Source: an uncultured candidatus Porisulfidus sp. (GTDB lineage Bacteria > Pseudomonadota > Gammaproteobacteria > Poriferisulfidales > Poriferisulfidaceae). Taken from it: 64,000 nucleotides of DNA. The DNA lies in assembly GCA_965204575.1 (NCBI GenBank), contig OZ241993.1, positions 160,001-224,000 of the forward strand, written 5' to 3'. This document shows, piece after piece, positions 45,555 to 55,840 of this stretch; the stretch's first letter is position 1, and each line of letters starts with the position of its first letter. Both the position numbers and the translations under genes were made by a program. The notes beneath the pieces are model-generated. The model did no database searches. It was not told where the DNA came from and saw only the letters and a list, made by a program, of their open reading frames with translations.

Positions 45555-47123
45555 ATGCACTCCGCCGATTCTCTACCCATTCGTCGCGCACTCCTGAGCG
45601 TTTCGGACAAAACCGGCATTGCCGACCTTGCCCGAGCATTGGCCAAGAATGGCGTTGAACTGATCTCCACTGGCGGCACGGCTGCGATACTTCGCGAATC
45701 GGGTTTGACGATTCGTGAGGTCTCCGAATTGACCGGCTTCCCGGAGATCATGGACGGGCGGGTCAAGACTCTCCACCCCAAAGTGCACGGAGCCTTGTTG
45801 GCACGAGGCGAACAGGACCTTGATGTGTGCGCCCTGCATGGCATTGAGCCTATTGATCTTCTGGTGGTCAACCTTTATCCATTTGCGCAAACGGTCGCGA
45901 AGCCGGATTGCGACTTCCAGGAAGCGATCGAAAATATTGATATCGGCGGCCCCGCCATGTTGCGCGGCGCGGCCAAAAACCATGCGCATTGCTGCGTCGT
46001 GATTGACCCTTCCGACTATGCCGGCATTGCCGAGATCGTGAGCGCCGGAGAAGGTGTTAGCGAAGAGACCCGATTTGAGCTTGCCGTCAAGGCCTTTTCG
46101 CATGTCGCAGCCTACGATTCCGACATTACGTATTACCTCGGGCATCAACTTGAGCCGGACAATTTTTTCGGGCAGGACATGCATCTGTCTCTGAAACGTC
46201 AATCCATACTGCGATATGGCGAGAATCCGCATCAACAAGCGGCACTCTACAGTTTTGAGAATCCTCCACCAGGCTCCCTGACCGCTGCCACGCTTCACCA
46301 GGGGCAAGAACTCTCATACAACAATCTTCTTGATACGGATGCAGCTTGGGAATGTGTTCAGGCATTCGAAAAACCCGCCTGCGTCATCGTCAAGCACGCC
46401 AACCCCTGTGGCGTAGCGGAAGCGCGCAATATTGAGGCCGCCTACGAAGGTGCTTACCGTACTGACCCGACTTCGGCATTTGGCGGGATTATCGCGTTCA
46501 ATCGGACCGTATCCGGCCCCCTCGCCCAGACCATCATCGAACGGCAATTCGTGGAAGTGCTGATCGCGCCCAGTTTCCGGAAAAATGCATTGCAGGTCCT
46601 GGCCAAGAAACCTAAAGTGCGGGTACTTTCCGCAGGTACCCCCCAGTCGGGTAAGCAGTGTGCAACCGTGCGTAGCATCAGTGGCGGGCTACTTGGGCAA
46701 ACCCCGGACCACGCGCTTCTTGACGCTAAGGCGCTGCGCGTGGTGACCAAACGCCCTCCAACCGAAAATGAACACCAAGACCTTCTGTTTGCCTGGAAAG
46801 TCGCCAAGTTTGTCAAGTCCAACGCCATTGTCTACGCACGCGACCGATGCACCGTCGGAGTTGGTGCGGGACAGATGAGCCGGATCTATTCTGCGCGAAT
46901 CGCTACCATCAAGGCTGCCGATGAAAACCTTTCGCTAGATGGCGCCGTGATGGCTTCGGATGCATTCTTCCCGTTTCGAGATGGGGTTGATGCCGCCCAC
47001 GAAGCCGGCATTACGGCAGTTATCCAGCCAGGCGGCAGCATGAGAGACGATGAAGTCATTGCCGCGGCCGATGAACACGACATGGCAATGATGTTCACAG
47101 GAATGCGTCATTTCCGGCACTAG
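45555..47123 (+). CDS. purH: Bifunctional AICAR transformylase/IMP cyclohydrolase
   Basis: [53 protein letters not shown]. Confidence 0.98.
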   Translation: MHSADSLPIRRALLSVSDKTGIADLARALAKNGVELISTGGTAAILRESGLTIREVSELTGFPEIMDGRVKTLHPKVHGALLARGEQDLDVCALHGIEPIDLLVVNLYPFAQTVAKPDCDFQEAIENIDIGGPAMLRGAAKNHAHCCVVIDPSDYAGIAEIVSAGEGVSEETRFELAVKAFSHVAAYDSDITYYLGHQLEPDNFFGQDMHLSLKRQSILRYGENPHQQAALYSFENPPPGSLTAATLHQGQELSYNNLLDTDAAWECVQAFEKPACVIVKHANPCGVAEARNIEAAYEGAYRTDPTSAFGGIIAFNRTVSGPLAQTIIERQFVEVLIAPSFRKNALQVLAKKPKVRVLSAGTPQSGKQCATVRSISGGLLGQTPDHALLDAKALRVVTKRPPTENEHQDLLFAWKVAKFVKSNAIVYARDRCTVGVGAGQMSRIYSARIATIKAADENLSLDGAVMASDAFFPFRDGVDAAHEAGITAVIQPGGSMRDDEVIAAADEHDMAMMFTGMRHFRH

Positions 47124-47194
47124 TCTCGCTAGTACCACATAGTCCAAAAAACACTCAGGACAGAACGTCCGTCACTGGATAGCCTGAAAACTCC

Positions 47195-47710
47195 TTAGCG
47201 ATTGAACGGCAACTTGGCCAGCATCATGGCCATCCCGCAGGAACCGGTGGCGCCGGAAAACAGTAGGCCTGCTCCGATGAAGCCGGACAATCCGAAAAAT
47301 CCGGGGTGAACCCATACTCCCAGAATGACGCCCAGTAGAACCAGGCTGCCCGCCACAATCTGGACCTGGCGCATGATTTCGATCGGGGCCCCGGAATCCG
47401 AAGCAACCGGATAACCCGCTTTCTTCCAGGCCACAATGCCCCCTTTCAGGACATACGTCTCGGGGTAGCCGACGGCTGCAAGTTGGTCCGCATGAACTTG
47501 CGTGCGGCGACCGCTGCGGCAATGGAAAATCCCGATTTTCTGATGCGGCTCGGCTTTCAGACCCGCTTCCAGCCCGGTCAAAGGGATCCACCGCGCCTCC
47601 GGAATCCTCATCTGGCCCCGCTCTCCGGAATCTCGGATATCAATCAACTCGGCACGGCCTTCATCCAGCCAGCGCCGGGCTTCGCTTGCCTTGATTTCCT
47701 GAACTTCCAC
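47195..47710 (-). CDS. ygaP: Membrane-anchored rhodanese (YgaP-like, DUF2892)
   Basis: LIDIRD, FHCRSGRRT, LKGGIVAW, RQVQIVAG, SGFIGAGL..GSCGM. AGGAGG before GTG 47710. Confidence 0.88.
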   Translation of the reverse strand: MEVQEIKASEARRWLDEGRAELIDIRDSGERGQMRIPEARWIPLTGLEAGLKAEPHQKIGIFHCRSGRRTQVHADQLAAVGYPETYVLKGGIVAWKKAGYPVASDSGAPIEIMRQVQIVAGSLVLLGVILGVWVHPGFFGLSGFIGAGLLFSGATGSCGMAMMLAKLPFNR

Positions 47711-47837
47711 TATCTGCCTCCTGCACAGGAGTCTTGTAATTCTACACCTCTTGAACCGCAGGTTCCCGGGCTCCCAGTTAGGCAGCACCGCCTTGGTCGC
47801 GGCTCGCTTTCAATCCCGAGTCAAAAGTCACTCCCTC

Positions 47838-48251
47838 TCATAAATGCATCATGACACCCAATATTCCCGCGAGCGAAGTGACACACACCCCTCCTCCGAT
47901 CAGGAGATATCGATAAAGCTGGGAAAATTGGTTGGCTATTTTGGCGTCTAAATCCTTTATATCCGTTTTCAACTCTACCTTCAATTCAGCCATATCTGTT
48001 TTTAGTTCTGCCTTCAACTTGGCCATCTCTTCCCTCAACTCCGCTTTCAGTGCAGCCGTGGTGGAAAGTAGGCTTGCCTCCGTGGCAAGTTCACGTTGCG
48101 CATCGCGTACCACTCCAACGATGGCACTCGCCGGCCTTCGCTCGATGCCCGCTTTCGTCAGCGTATTCACAGCAGCCATCGTATCAAATCCAGGCGGCGA
48201 TGCCGGCTTCTTTGCCGCAGCCGAAGCCGCCTTGGCATGGGGTTCCTTCAT
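47838..48251 (-). CDS. CCDC90/DUF1640-like coiled-coil protein with C-terminal TM anchor
   Basis: FDT...L..AG....A.AI head, LAT neck, 11-residue coiled-coil repeats, C-terminal hydrophobic helix. Strong RBS GAGGAGG. Confidence 0.75.
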   Translation of the reverse strand: MKEPHAKAASAAAKKPASPPGFDTMAAVNTLTKAGIERRPASAIVGVVRDAQRELATEASLLSTTAALKAELREEMAKLKAELKTDMAELKVELKTDIKDLDAKIANQFSQLYRYLLIGGGVCVTSLAGILGVMMHL

Positions 48252-48420
48252 GAATTCCTCCTCATTTCAAAAAAACGATTGCGATCCGAAACCAGCCTTT
48301 CGATCGGAGATCGAATTCGCGTTCTTGGCTCGGAGGACGCCCGGCTCTCTGCAACCGTATCTCCTCTTTTGGGGTCCCGAAACCAGATCGCATGCGTCTT
48401 TCATGCCGTCCAAACCTATG

Positions 48421-49992
48421 TCAGCGTTTCATGTTCCGCGCCATTCCCAAGGCACTGACTCGACCGGCATTTCCGACACCCGTCGGGTCCGAGGAAGGCC
48501 CCAGAGCGTCCAGCCCGCGCATGGCGGCATTCCCTGCCGCATAGATCACCCACAACATCCCCAGAGGCAGTAGCATGTGCAACGCCATCGTGCCGTAACC
48601 GAGCGCGATTCGGTCCACTTCCCAGCGTCCGGCGTCCCCAAGTTTCATGCCAGGATACATCGCGTCAATCAACGCATCGTCGAGAAAGTTCGATATTCCA
48701 AACATCATTGAGAACAACCGAACTGCCACGATCATGACCATGATCCGAAGGGCTGCCGTCAGGCTGTAAAACGTCAGGAACAAGTACGCCCCCAGCAGCA
48801 TGTATAGCACCATCAATATCAAACTTTGTGCCATCGGTGCAATGCGCCGCATGATGTGCAACCGGGCGTACAGCCCCAAGGCCTCGGATCCGACGAAAGC
48901 CGTCGCGCCGACCGCGGTCGACAATGTAAATGCCGCCAAACTTCCGCTTGCCGCCCAAGCGGCGAGGCCACTGGCAATTCCGGAACCCGCCGCGAATGCT
49001 GCCAGGCCCGCCAATATTTCGTTATCTGGCCCACCGATGCCGTAGCGGCGCGGACCATTGAGAATGGTATTGCGGACCATTTGCTCTTCGATGAAATCCC
49101 GGCTGTAGGTTCCTTTCGTGAAATTCGCAATCCCGTCCATGTCCGGCACAAAACGCACGAGAAGCTTCATCAATCCTTCATTCCGGTTGTTGCCAAGCCA
49201 CCAGTCCCGGCAAACTGGCAGCTGACGGTCCCCTTTCCAGCGCTTGACTTCAGTGCGGGGCCTGGGGTAGGGATCAAACGAACAGGGGCCCTGCTCCGCG
49301 ACTGCACTGCACAACGCGTAATAGCCGGGCTTTTCCAGGAAATAGCGGTTCCCCGGATACTCGGCATCTTTGCGCGACACGATTTCTTCTGAAGGCTGGA
49401 AAATTTCGTACTTCCGCCAAGCCGGCACGAAGCATTGGCTGGCAAAATGGTCGAACTCCTGGCGGATGCCGGGATCCTTGATGAAAGCATGGCGAGTACG
49501 GAACGCGAGACCAGAATAATCCTGAAAACACGGTAGATGCCCTAGCACGGCTTGAGTGATGCCGCCACTAATCGACAGCACGACGGCCCAGAACATCGGG
49601 ATCCTGGGGTGCTCTTCGTGGAAACGTGCCAGCCGGGTGGTGTCGTATGTGGTGTCGGTGTCCCCGTACGTATGGGTCGCATCCCCAAGCTGACAGACCG
49701 GCGTGTATTCGATGGAATTCGGTTCAACCTTGACGTAAGGCACCACCATGAAAATGAAGACCACCAATGCAACCGGGAGGTCTACCCGCATCTGGCTGAC
49801 GGACCCACCGCTATTGGGGAAAATATTTTCGGTGCTAAGTGGAACGATGAAATTGCGAACGATGACGACCAGGAACGGAATCAGCAACAGGTTCAGATCA
49901 TCGGCCAACTCGAACAACAATTCGTACATGCTCCACCCGAACATGGTCAGGTAGACTTCGATATAACTGAATGTCGGAATTGTCGCGTACAT
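48421..49992 (-). CDS. Conjugal transfer TraG N-terminal-domain membrane protein
   Basis: YIEVYLTMFGW, CQ...GDTDTTY, IPMFWAVV..SGGIT, F.SQCF, CRDWW, APMAQSLILM, plus multiple TM helices. Confidence 0.8.
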   Translation of the reverse strand: MYATIPTFSYIEVYLTMFGWSMYELLFELADDLNLLLIPFLVVIVRNFIVPLSTENIFPNSGGSVSQMRVDLPVALVVFIFMVVPYVKVEPNSIEYTPVCQLGDATHTYGDTDTTYDTTRLARFHEEHPRIPMFWAVVLSISGGITQAVLGHLPCFQDYSGLAFRTRHAFIKDPGIRQEFDHFASQCFVPAWRKYEIFQPSEEIVSRKDAEYPGNRYFLEKPGYYALCSAVAEQGPCSFDPYPRPRTEVKRWKGDRQLPVCRDWWLGNNRNEGLMKLLVRFVPDMDGIANFTKGTYSRDFIEEQMVRNTILNGPRRYGIGGPDNEILAGLAAFAAGSGIASGLAAWAASGSLAAFTLSTAVGATAFVGSEALGLYARLHIMRRIAPMAQSLILMVLYMLLGAYLFLTFYSLTAALRIMVMIVAVRLFSMMFGISNFLDDALIDAMYPGMKLGDAGRWEVDRIALGYGTMALHMLLPLGMLWVIYAAGNAAMRGLDALGPSSDPTGVGNAGRVSALGMARNMKR

Positions 49993-49997
49993 GCCAG

Positions 49998-50369
49998 TCA
50001 ATCCAGATTGCGCAACATCAGCAGGACCTCGTAAGTCGCGCATACCGTGACAACAGCGAACGTCAACTGGCGTCGCTCAAGAAGAGAGAGCGGCATATGC
50101 CCGCGCCCGGCCCGTTTTCGATTAAGCCAATTGATCAATTGCGGCCAGCGCAGGATCAGGTACAGGTAGGTGGCGCCATGCAAGCCGAGATGAAGCCAGA
50201 AGCCGTAACGTTCAAGAAATTCCCGCCACCGTGCCAGATACGCCGCCGTGCGGTTCAGGTGCTCAGGCGTTGCGGCAGCCAACTGCTGCGCGGCATAGAT
50301 GAGCGCGATGCCCAACGCGAGGATGGCTAACAACCCTCCGAGTATTCGGCGCGACCGGGAACCGGTCAT
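49998..50369 (-). CDS. ICE-associated membrane protein
   Basis: Three hydrophobic segments. Occupies the conserved slot between the PFL_4711-like gene and traG. Confidence 0.65.
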   Translation of the reverse strand: MTGSRSRRILGGLLAILALGIALIYAAQQLAAATPEHLNRTAAYLARWREFLERYGFWLHLGLHGATYLYLILRWPQLINWLNRKRAGRGHMPLSLLERRQLTFAVVTVCATYEVLLMLRNLD

Positions 50370-51697
50370 TGGGGGGAATCCTCAGACAATGGAAACCCAC
50401 CGTCGATCAGCCGTGAATCAGTATCCTCGGGTGGGGTCAATCGAATCGGCTTGAGGGCGTCTCCGAGCATTTCATATTCAATAAAGGTCCGGATCGTTTC
50501 GGAAGCCAAGCGATGCGACGCCCGAACTTCGTTCAACACGAAATCCACCTCGCGGTTGACGCGCTCGAATGCCGTGTTCAGAGCCTTGCGGGCCGGAGCC
50601 AATGCCGCGACATTGGGTTCCTGGCGCCCTGCCATCAACGCCGCCCGGGCCAGGAACGTCTTTTCCACGATACGCGCGGTCGCCAGTTCCGAAGCCAAAC
50701 GCTGAATACGCCAGTCTGCGTCCGGACGAGCCTGCAGACCGTCGATCACTTCGCGACGCACTACGAGGTTCCGGCTGGAGATGTCGGCCAGGTCTTCTTC
50801 CCGCAATTCCACCGGGTCCGTCCTGACCAACCGCTCCAACACTTCTTCGATGCGTTTTCGCTCAGGTTCGATCAGGGGCAAAAGACCGTGTCCGGGAACA
50901 GTCGGGCTCGGAGCACCATCCACGAGGCTGATGGCCTGTTCTCCAGCAATATCGACCAGCCAGTTTGCTGCCTCTTCCGGAGTCTTGAACAGTGTCGCGA
51001 TTTCGGTTGCGCGTTCTGTCTTCTGGCACACGGCCGGCTCACCGTTGAGCAGGCACCATCCGGCGCGAGCGCTGTCGTATACCGGACGGATCATGTCCTG
51101 CCCGGCGCCGCCTGCACGCCGACCGCCTACCCAGGCCAGCCCTTTCTCAGGGGCGCTCTCCGCCTCTTCCTGCGCTTCCAGCACATTGCTTTCCTCGTGC
51201 GCTTGATGCCCCCATTCCAGCGACTTGGCAATCTTCGTCCAGGCCCCGGCTGGTCCTCGGTCAGCAATGCTTTTCTCCATCTCCTGGCAGGAACCCAGAG
51301 CCAATTTATAGGCTTCGCCCGCACGAATGGTGTAGTACTGCATCAGTTGGCAGGCACCTGGAAACGCCCGGCAGAACAGACCGCCCGGCAATGCCAAAAG
51401 AATTTGTTCTGGAAGCGATTTCAGGGTAGTCAACTGGTCTTCCAGCCGTTTCAGGATGTCTTGAACCTGGAAACGGAAATCGAATTTCCCGCAACTGTAC
51501 GTGGCTCCGACCTGGATATCCGGGAGCAGCTTGATGCGCAACGTCTCCCCGGGAGCCGTCGGAACCGCACGCGATCCTCCGAGCGTGTAATACAAGCCCA
51601 GTTCCTCGCTGCTCGGCAGTTTGATCTGCGCGTCGGACGCTGCCGGCAGTACTGATAGCGTCAAGCACCAAACACAGGCGCGGGTCCGGAAGATCAT
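50366..51697 (-). CDS. ICE protein, PFL_4711 family (TIGR03755-like)
   Basis: Signal peptide, LYYTLGGSRAV, SCGKFD, SCQEM, GLAWVGG.RAGG.GQ, GRQEPNV. Confidence 0.82.
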   Translation of the reverse strand: MIFRTRACVWCLTLSVLPAASDAQIKLPSSEELGLYYTLGGSRAVPTAPGETLRIKLLPDIQVGATYSCGKFDFRFQVQDILKRLEDQLTTLKSLPEQILLALPGGLFCRAFPGACQLMQYYTIRAGEAYKLALGSCQEMEKSIADRGPAGAWTKIAKSLEWGHQAHEESNVLEAQEEAESAPEKGLAWVGGRRAGGAGQDMIRPVYDSARAGWCLLNGEPAVCQKTERATEIATLFKTPEEAANWLVDIAGEQAISLVDGAPSPTVPGHGLLPLIEPERKRIEEVLERLVRTDPVELREEDLADISSRNLVVRREVIDGLQARPDADWRIQRLASELATARIVEKTFLARAALMAGRQEPNVAALAPARKALNTAFERVNREVDFVLNEVRASHRLASETIRTFIEYEMLGDALKPIRLTPPEDTDSRLIDGGFPLSEDSPQ

Positions 51698-54486
51698 GAT
51701 TCCTGCCCCCGGCGCTGATTCCGAATCGACTCGCTGATTCGATGAACCGCCTCAAGTTCCGAGCAACCGTGCTGACGCATGAGGCTCGCCCGATGAGCCT
51801 TTTCGTTCTTTTCCGTCTGGCTCAGGGCCAGCGAAAGAGCAGGCACGACATTGCGGAAAGGCGCGACCAGCTTGCTCGAAAGAACCACGCTTTCCGTGTA
51901 TTTTCCGGGTTCCTTTCGAGCGGAGAGGATCATCGCCTTCTGCTCTTCGTCGAGCCTGCGGAAGCGCCCAATCATCTCCACCTCGTCCCGCTCCATGGCC
52001 ATGCAGACCCACCATTCCGGCTGGTTTAGCAACTCGCGTGCAGTTTCCGGAATCTGCCGCAGGTTTTGGGTGGCGATCCACAGCCAGGCACCATATGTAC
52101 GCCACATCGCGGAAACCGATAGGATGTAGGGGGAGATCAAAGGATTTTTCAGGAACAGGTGCGCCTCGTCCAAGACCACCACGGTCTGTCGGGCCGAGTA
52201 CTGCTGATCCTGTACCTGATCGTTGATACGCGACAGCAGCCCGCTCATCGCCACGGCCAGCCATGCCTCATTGCGCCGATGCGCCAATGCACCCAACTCC
52301 ACCACCGTCACATCGGATTCGACCCAGGTTTCGCCTGGGCGGTTGAATATCTGCCCCGCCCGCCCAGTGCAAAATAGTTCGATGGCATTGGCCATACGGC
52401 TCAAACTGCGTCGTTGATCCTCGCTCAATCGATCATCTCGCAGGCGACCGGATTCAGCCGCCTGATGCATCAAAGTGGACAGGTCTTCAGTCAGCACCGG
52501 CTCGTCCGGATGAGCCGTCGCCGCCTGAGCGACTGCAAGCAGGGACTTCCGAATCAGGTTCAGGTCCTCGCGCACCAAGCGTTGTTCTTCTTTTGGATCT
52601 CCTCCCGTAATCATTAGCCTCGCCTGTATCTCCATTTCCCCCAGAAGGTCACGTCCGGTCTCAGGGTTCATTTCGTCGCCTTCGGATGCTCGCCCGGTCT
52701 CCAAAAGCAACCGTGCATCGGCAAACGGCGGAATGGAAGTTTGATCCCCGTTGACGTGGTTGACTGACAGGCCTTTCGACTGAAAGTGTTGCGCGAGGAG
52801 GCCAAACGTCGGCAACGCCGTGATCAGGTACAGCCGGGGACGGTGCACGGCGACCGTATGCAGCAATGTATTGATGAGAAAGGCGGTTTTCCCAGATCCG
52901 GTCGGTCCAAATACGAACAGATGCGCATTTTTAGTTCGATCCACCGAATTGAGCGGGTCAAACGACAGAGGTTCCGCACCGCGATTCCAAGCCAGTAGAC
53001 CCGGGTGCTTCGTTCCGGCCGTGCGCCCGTACACTGGAAGGCATCTCACTATGTGATCCATGAACCACAAGCGGGAACGGCGCACATAGAAGCGCCGGTC
53101 CTGAGCTGGATCGAAGTTGAATGGCAGCGCACGAACATAGGAATCCTGCGCCAAGGGATCGTCCCGGGGGGGAATCAACGCAATACCGTGAGCCATTAAG
53201 GTGGCGGACAGCTCGCGAACCCGCTGCTCCAAGGTGGGGCCGTCCACAGCCGAAACGAATACTCCACCGAACACAGGCAAGATCGGGTTCCCGTCAGACA
53301 CCTGGCGCACTGCCTCCTCTGCCAAGGTCCGGATCGCCATCGCCTGTGGGTCGCCACCGACCGCATTGCGCTTGACACGCGCGACGTGCTCCAGGATTTC
53401 GTCCTGCGTGGCAAACACCACAGCCATCATCCAGACCGTTCCTTCCGGCATCTGATCCCATAATGTCTGCTGACGGTCGCCAATTCCCCGCTCCGCAGTC
53501 AAGTGACCCACCCGGGGTTCTCCCAAAATCGCGTTGACTGTAAGGAAGCGGTGCGGCCGACCATGGAAATGCCAGCAACCATCCTTAGTCGAGGACCACG
53601 GGGCACCATGTCGCAAGGCCCGATGTGCCAGGTCTCCCAGGGCCGTTCCCTTGAGCAGGGCGAGCGGCGTTGCGACCAACGGCATCTTGGGGGAATCCGA
53701 AGCTTCCCGAGTCGGCCCGAACCAGTCACCAAGCCAACGGCAGAGATCGTCGCCGTCCAAGGGAGTCAGGCGAATGCCCACCTGGGCCAATGAATGGGCC
53801 AAACGCTCACACAGGTCGTCCAGGTGCTGTCCGTCCGGGATGCTCCCCGGCTCTTCAATGCGCCAGACACACAACCGGATGTGGCGAACTTTCCCTTTCC
53901 ATGACATTTGGCTAGCGGGATCGAAGAAAAAGCCATTCTCATCGCAGGCATCCCCGTAATGTTCGCGCAACACCTCCATCCAGTGCTTCGAGTAAACCGA
54001 GTCCCGGGCTTCCGGGTTGAGATATTCCTCGATCGTTTTGAGGTCATCACCCAAATGGTGGCGGTCATACACGAAGAATTGCGCAATCCAAGGTCGATTC
54101 TGGTTTTGCGGAAAAACATCGCGCAGCAAGGGCACGAGGCGCCGATGCAAGTCTTCGATAACGCGATCCGGTCTTCCCTCGGTCTGTGCGGGGGACACAT
54201 CGAACAAACGTCCGACGCTGCAGAGATCCTTCATCAGGATCATCCCTGATCCGAGTTCGGCTTTTGGGAACAGCAGATCTGCAAAGGACTCTGAAGCCCG
54301 AATCTCCTGCAACCCCGACCGGCTGCCCGAAATCGGCCGCTTGAACTGCGCCCGGGTCAGTGGGCGACGACCCTTTCCACTCCAGCAATGGGCTTCCGGA
54401 TCCGGCGCATGTGCCGGATCCGCTGGCAACGCCGGGCGGAGCCCGGCGAGCCAGCGGTCGAACGCATTGCGTCTGCGCTCACTCAC
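51694..54486 (-). CDS. VirB4-like conjugative transfer ATPase, PFL_4706 family
   Basis: LPFNFDP, FDPLN..DR.KNAH, Walker A FGPTGSGKT, RDLLGEME, Walker B VLDEAH, WIATQ, EWWVC. GTG 54486 overlaps the stop of the upstream 80-aa ORF. Confidence 0.92.
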   Translation of the reverse strand: MSERRRNAFDRWLAGLRPALPADPAHAPDPEAHCWSGKGRRPLTRAQFKRPISGSRSGLQEIRASESFADLLFPKAELGSGMILMKDLCSVGRLFDVSPAQTEGRPDRVIEDLHRRLVPLLRDVFPQNQNRPWIAQFFVYDRHHLGDDLKTIEEYLNPEARDSVYSKHWMEVLREHYGDACDENGFFFDPASQMSWKGKVRHIRLCVWRIEEPGSIPDGQHLDDLCERLAHSLAQVGIRLTPLDGDDLCRWLGDWFGPTREASDSPKMPLVATPLALLKGTALGDLAHRALRHGAPWSSTKDGCWHFHGRPHRFLTVNAILGEPRVGHLTAERGIGDRQQTLWDQMPEGTVWMMAVVFATQDEILEHVARVKRNAVGGDPQAMAIRTLAEEAVRQVSDGNPILPVFGGVFVSAVDGPTLEQRVRELSATLMAHGIALIPPRDDPLAQDSYVRALPFNFDPAQDRRFYVRRSRLWFMDHIVRCLPVYGRTAGTKHPGLLAWNRGAEPLSFDPLNSVDRTKNAHLFVFGPTGSGKTAFLINTLLHTVAVHRPRLYLITALPTFGLLAQHFQSKGLSVNHVNGDQTSIPPFADARLLLETGRASEGDEMNPETGRDLLGEMEIQARLMITGGDPKEEQRLVREDLNLIRKSLLAVAQAATAHPDEPVLTEDLSTLMHQAAESGRLRDDRLSEDQRRSLSRMANAIELFCTGRAGQIFNRPGETWVESDVTVVELGALAHRRNEAWLAVAMSGLLSRINDQVQDQQYSARQTVVVLDEAHLFLKNPLISPYILSVSAMWRTYGAWLWIATQNLRQIPETARELLNQPEWWVCMAMERDEVEMIGRFRRLDEEQKAMILSARKEPGKYTESVVLSSKLVAPFRNVVPALSLALSQTEKNEKAHRASLMRQHGCSELEAVHRISESIRNQRRGQES

Positions 54487-54721
54487 CGCAGTCCTGCAAC
54501 ACATCATCCAGGGTCCGAACCAAACCCTCCCGCAATTCCTGAATGCGAACATAGTAGGAATCGTCTTCGTCACGTTCTCCTTCATCAATCTCCATCCTCA
54601 TGTCGCCCAGCAGGTTGTCGATCGGTATCAGCGATACGTACAGGCGCTTGGCGACCGGCTGCTCCATGATGCGCTCCAAAGTGACTTTCTTTTTTGATTT
54701 TTTCTTTTTGTTTTTGCCCAC
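54479..54721 (-). CDS. Small hypothetical protein with Lys-rich N-terminus (80 aa)
   Basis: Strong RBS GAGGAGG before GTG. Fills the gap between two T4SS genes, and its stop overlaps the VirB4 start. Confidence 0.7.
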   Translation of the reverse strand: MGKNKKKKSKKKVTLERIMEQPVAKRLYVSLIPIDNLLGDMRMEIDEGERDEDDSYYVRIQELREGLVRTLDDVLQDCGE

Positions 54722-54733
54722 GATGGTTCCTCC

Positions 54734-55840
54734 TCAGAAAGTTTTGTGGCCAATGAATTTCCCTTTGCCCGGGGCGCAACATTCGTAGGGACGCCACAGG
54801 TTCCAGGCATAACTCCCGTCTTCACTGGTCTTGTCGAGCGACCAGTTGTGGGGAGATCCGAAGGTTTCGCAATGCGACTGAGTACGCGGGCTGATCATCT
54901 GCCAACGTGCATTGCGCTCGTTAATCGGGGGCAGCCAAGCCCACTGATCCTGCCGACGGCAGCGCCCGGGCTGTGCGTGCGATGGCGGCGGACCGGGAAT
55001 GACACATTCCGACAGTTTCGCCCCCGGCGTACAGTGGACGGGCTTCGGGCCCAGCGAATTGGACTCCCACGACCCGCCCGATCGCTCGCAGGATTCACGA
55101 TTGGCGGCATCGGGGTTGCCGTGTGCCACCCGGCGATGGCCCTCGTAACCAAACGGCACATAGACACGGGCCTGATTCGGCTGGGTCACGATATCGGCGG
55201 CCCGCTGCACGACGACGGCAGCCGCCTTTGCGTCTTCGGCCTGCAACACGAAGCCAGAACGCGGAAAGACCGATCCCCATGAATGTCGGGGCCAGTCACC
55301 GATTTCGCGCAGACCGGGCGTCAAGCTTTCTGGGCGCGTGGATTCCAACCCGCCCCGCCACTCCGCGTGATCCAGCGCGGAAATGAAATACGGAAACATC
55401 GGCTTGGCCTGCGAACGGCACAGATAAACCACATCGAAAATCTTCCGTCGTAGCGGGAATGGATGCCCGACCGCATCGACCTCCTTGAAACGCAGGGAAT
55501 GGCCGTCTGCGGTCTCCGTCGTGGGGAACGACCCGCCCTGCAAGAGATTCTTCAAAACGGACTCCAAAGGCAACAAGGCGCGAAGTTCCTTCCAGGGAGG
55601 AGAACCAGTGTGGTCGTATGCCGTGAAGACCAGGTCCGGCAAGTAGTGGCGTACCCGCGGCGTCGTGTTGATTCGGCAACGCCCGTATTTGCAATGCAGC
55701 CACAGGCACACCCCAACGATCTTCCAGTCCAGGCAGTTGGACTGAAGTGAACGCCGCGCCACATCCGCCGTGGTAAAGGTTTCCGCCATGGCCGGGGAAA
55801 AACTGGACAGCAGTATGCAGGCCAGAACCGGGAGGCGCAT
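54734..55840 (-). CDS. TraU-like ICE protein, PFL_4710 family (TIGR03756-like)
   Basis: CLDWKIVGVCLWLHC, VRHYLPD, FKEVDAVGHP, PYFISALD..WR, WGSVFPRSGF, YAWNLWRPYECC. Confidence 0.88.
   Translation of the reverse strand: MRLPVLACILLSSFSPAMAETFTTADVARRSLQSNCLDWKIVGVCLWLHCKYGRCRINTTPRVRHYLPDLVFTAYDHTGSPPWKELRALLPLESVLKNLLQGGSFPTTETADGHSLRFKEVDAVGHPFPLRRKIFDVVYLCRSQAKPMFPYFISALDHAEWRGGLESTRPESLTPGLREIGDWPRHSWGSVFPRSGFVLQAEDAKAAAVVVQRAADIVTQPNQARVYVPFGYEGHRRVAHGNPDAANRESCERSGGSWESNSLGPKPVHCTPGAKLSECVIPGPPPSHAQPGRCRRQDQWAWLPPINERNARWQMISPRTQSHCETFGSPHNWSLDKTSEDGSYAWNLWRPYECCAPGKGKFIGHKTF

Noticed and set aside
47718-47731. CTCCTG-CA-CAGGAG dyad over the ygaP RBS
   Set aside because: Short, and such dyads arise easily around GGAG sequences. 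No further support.
48286-48386. CCGAAACCAG direct repeat at the left border of the T4SS cluster as an att site
   Set aside because: Only 10 bp, both copies on the same side, and no counterpart seen at the right border.
54487-54588. Longer VirB4 start at 54588
   Set aside because: Overlaps the RBS-supported 80-aa ORF. GTG 54486 fits translational coupling.
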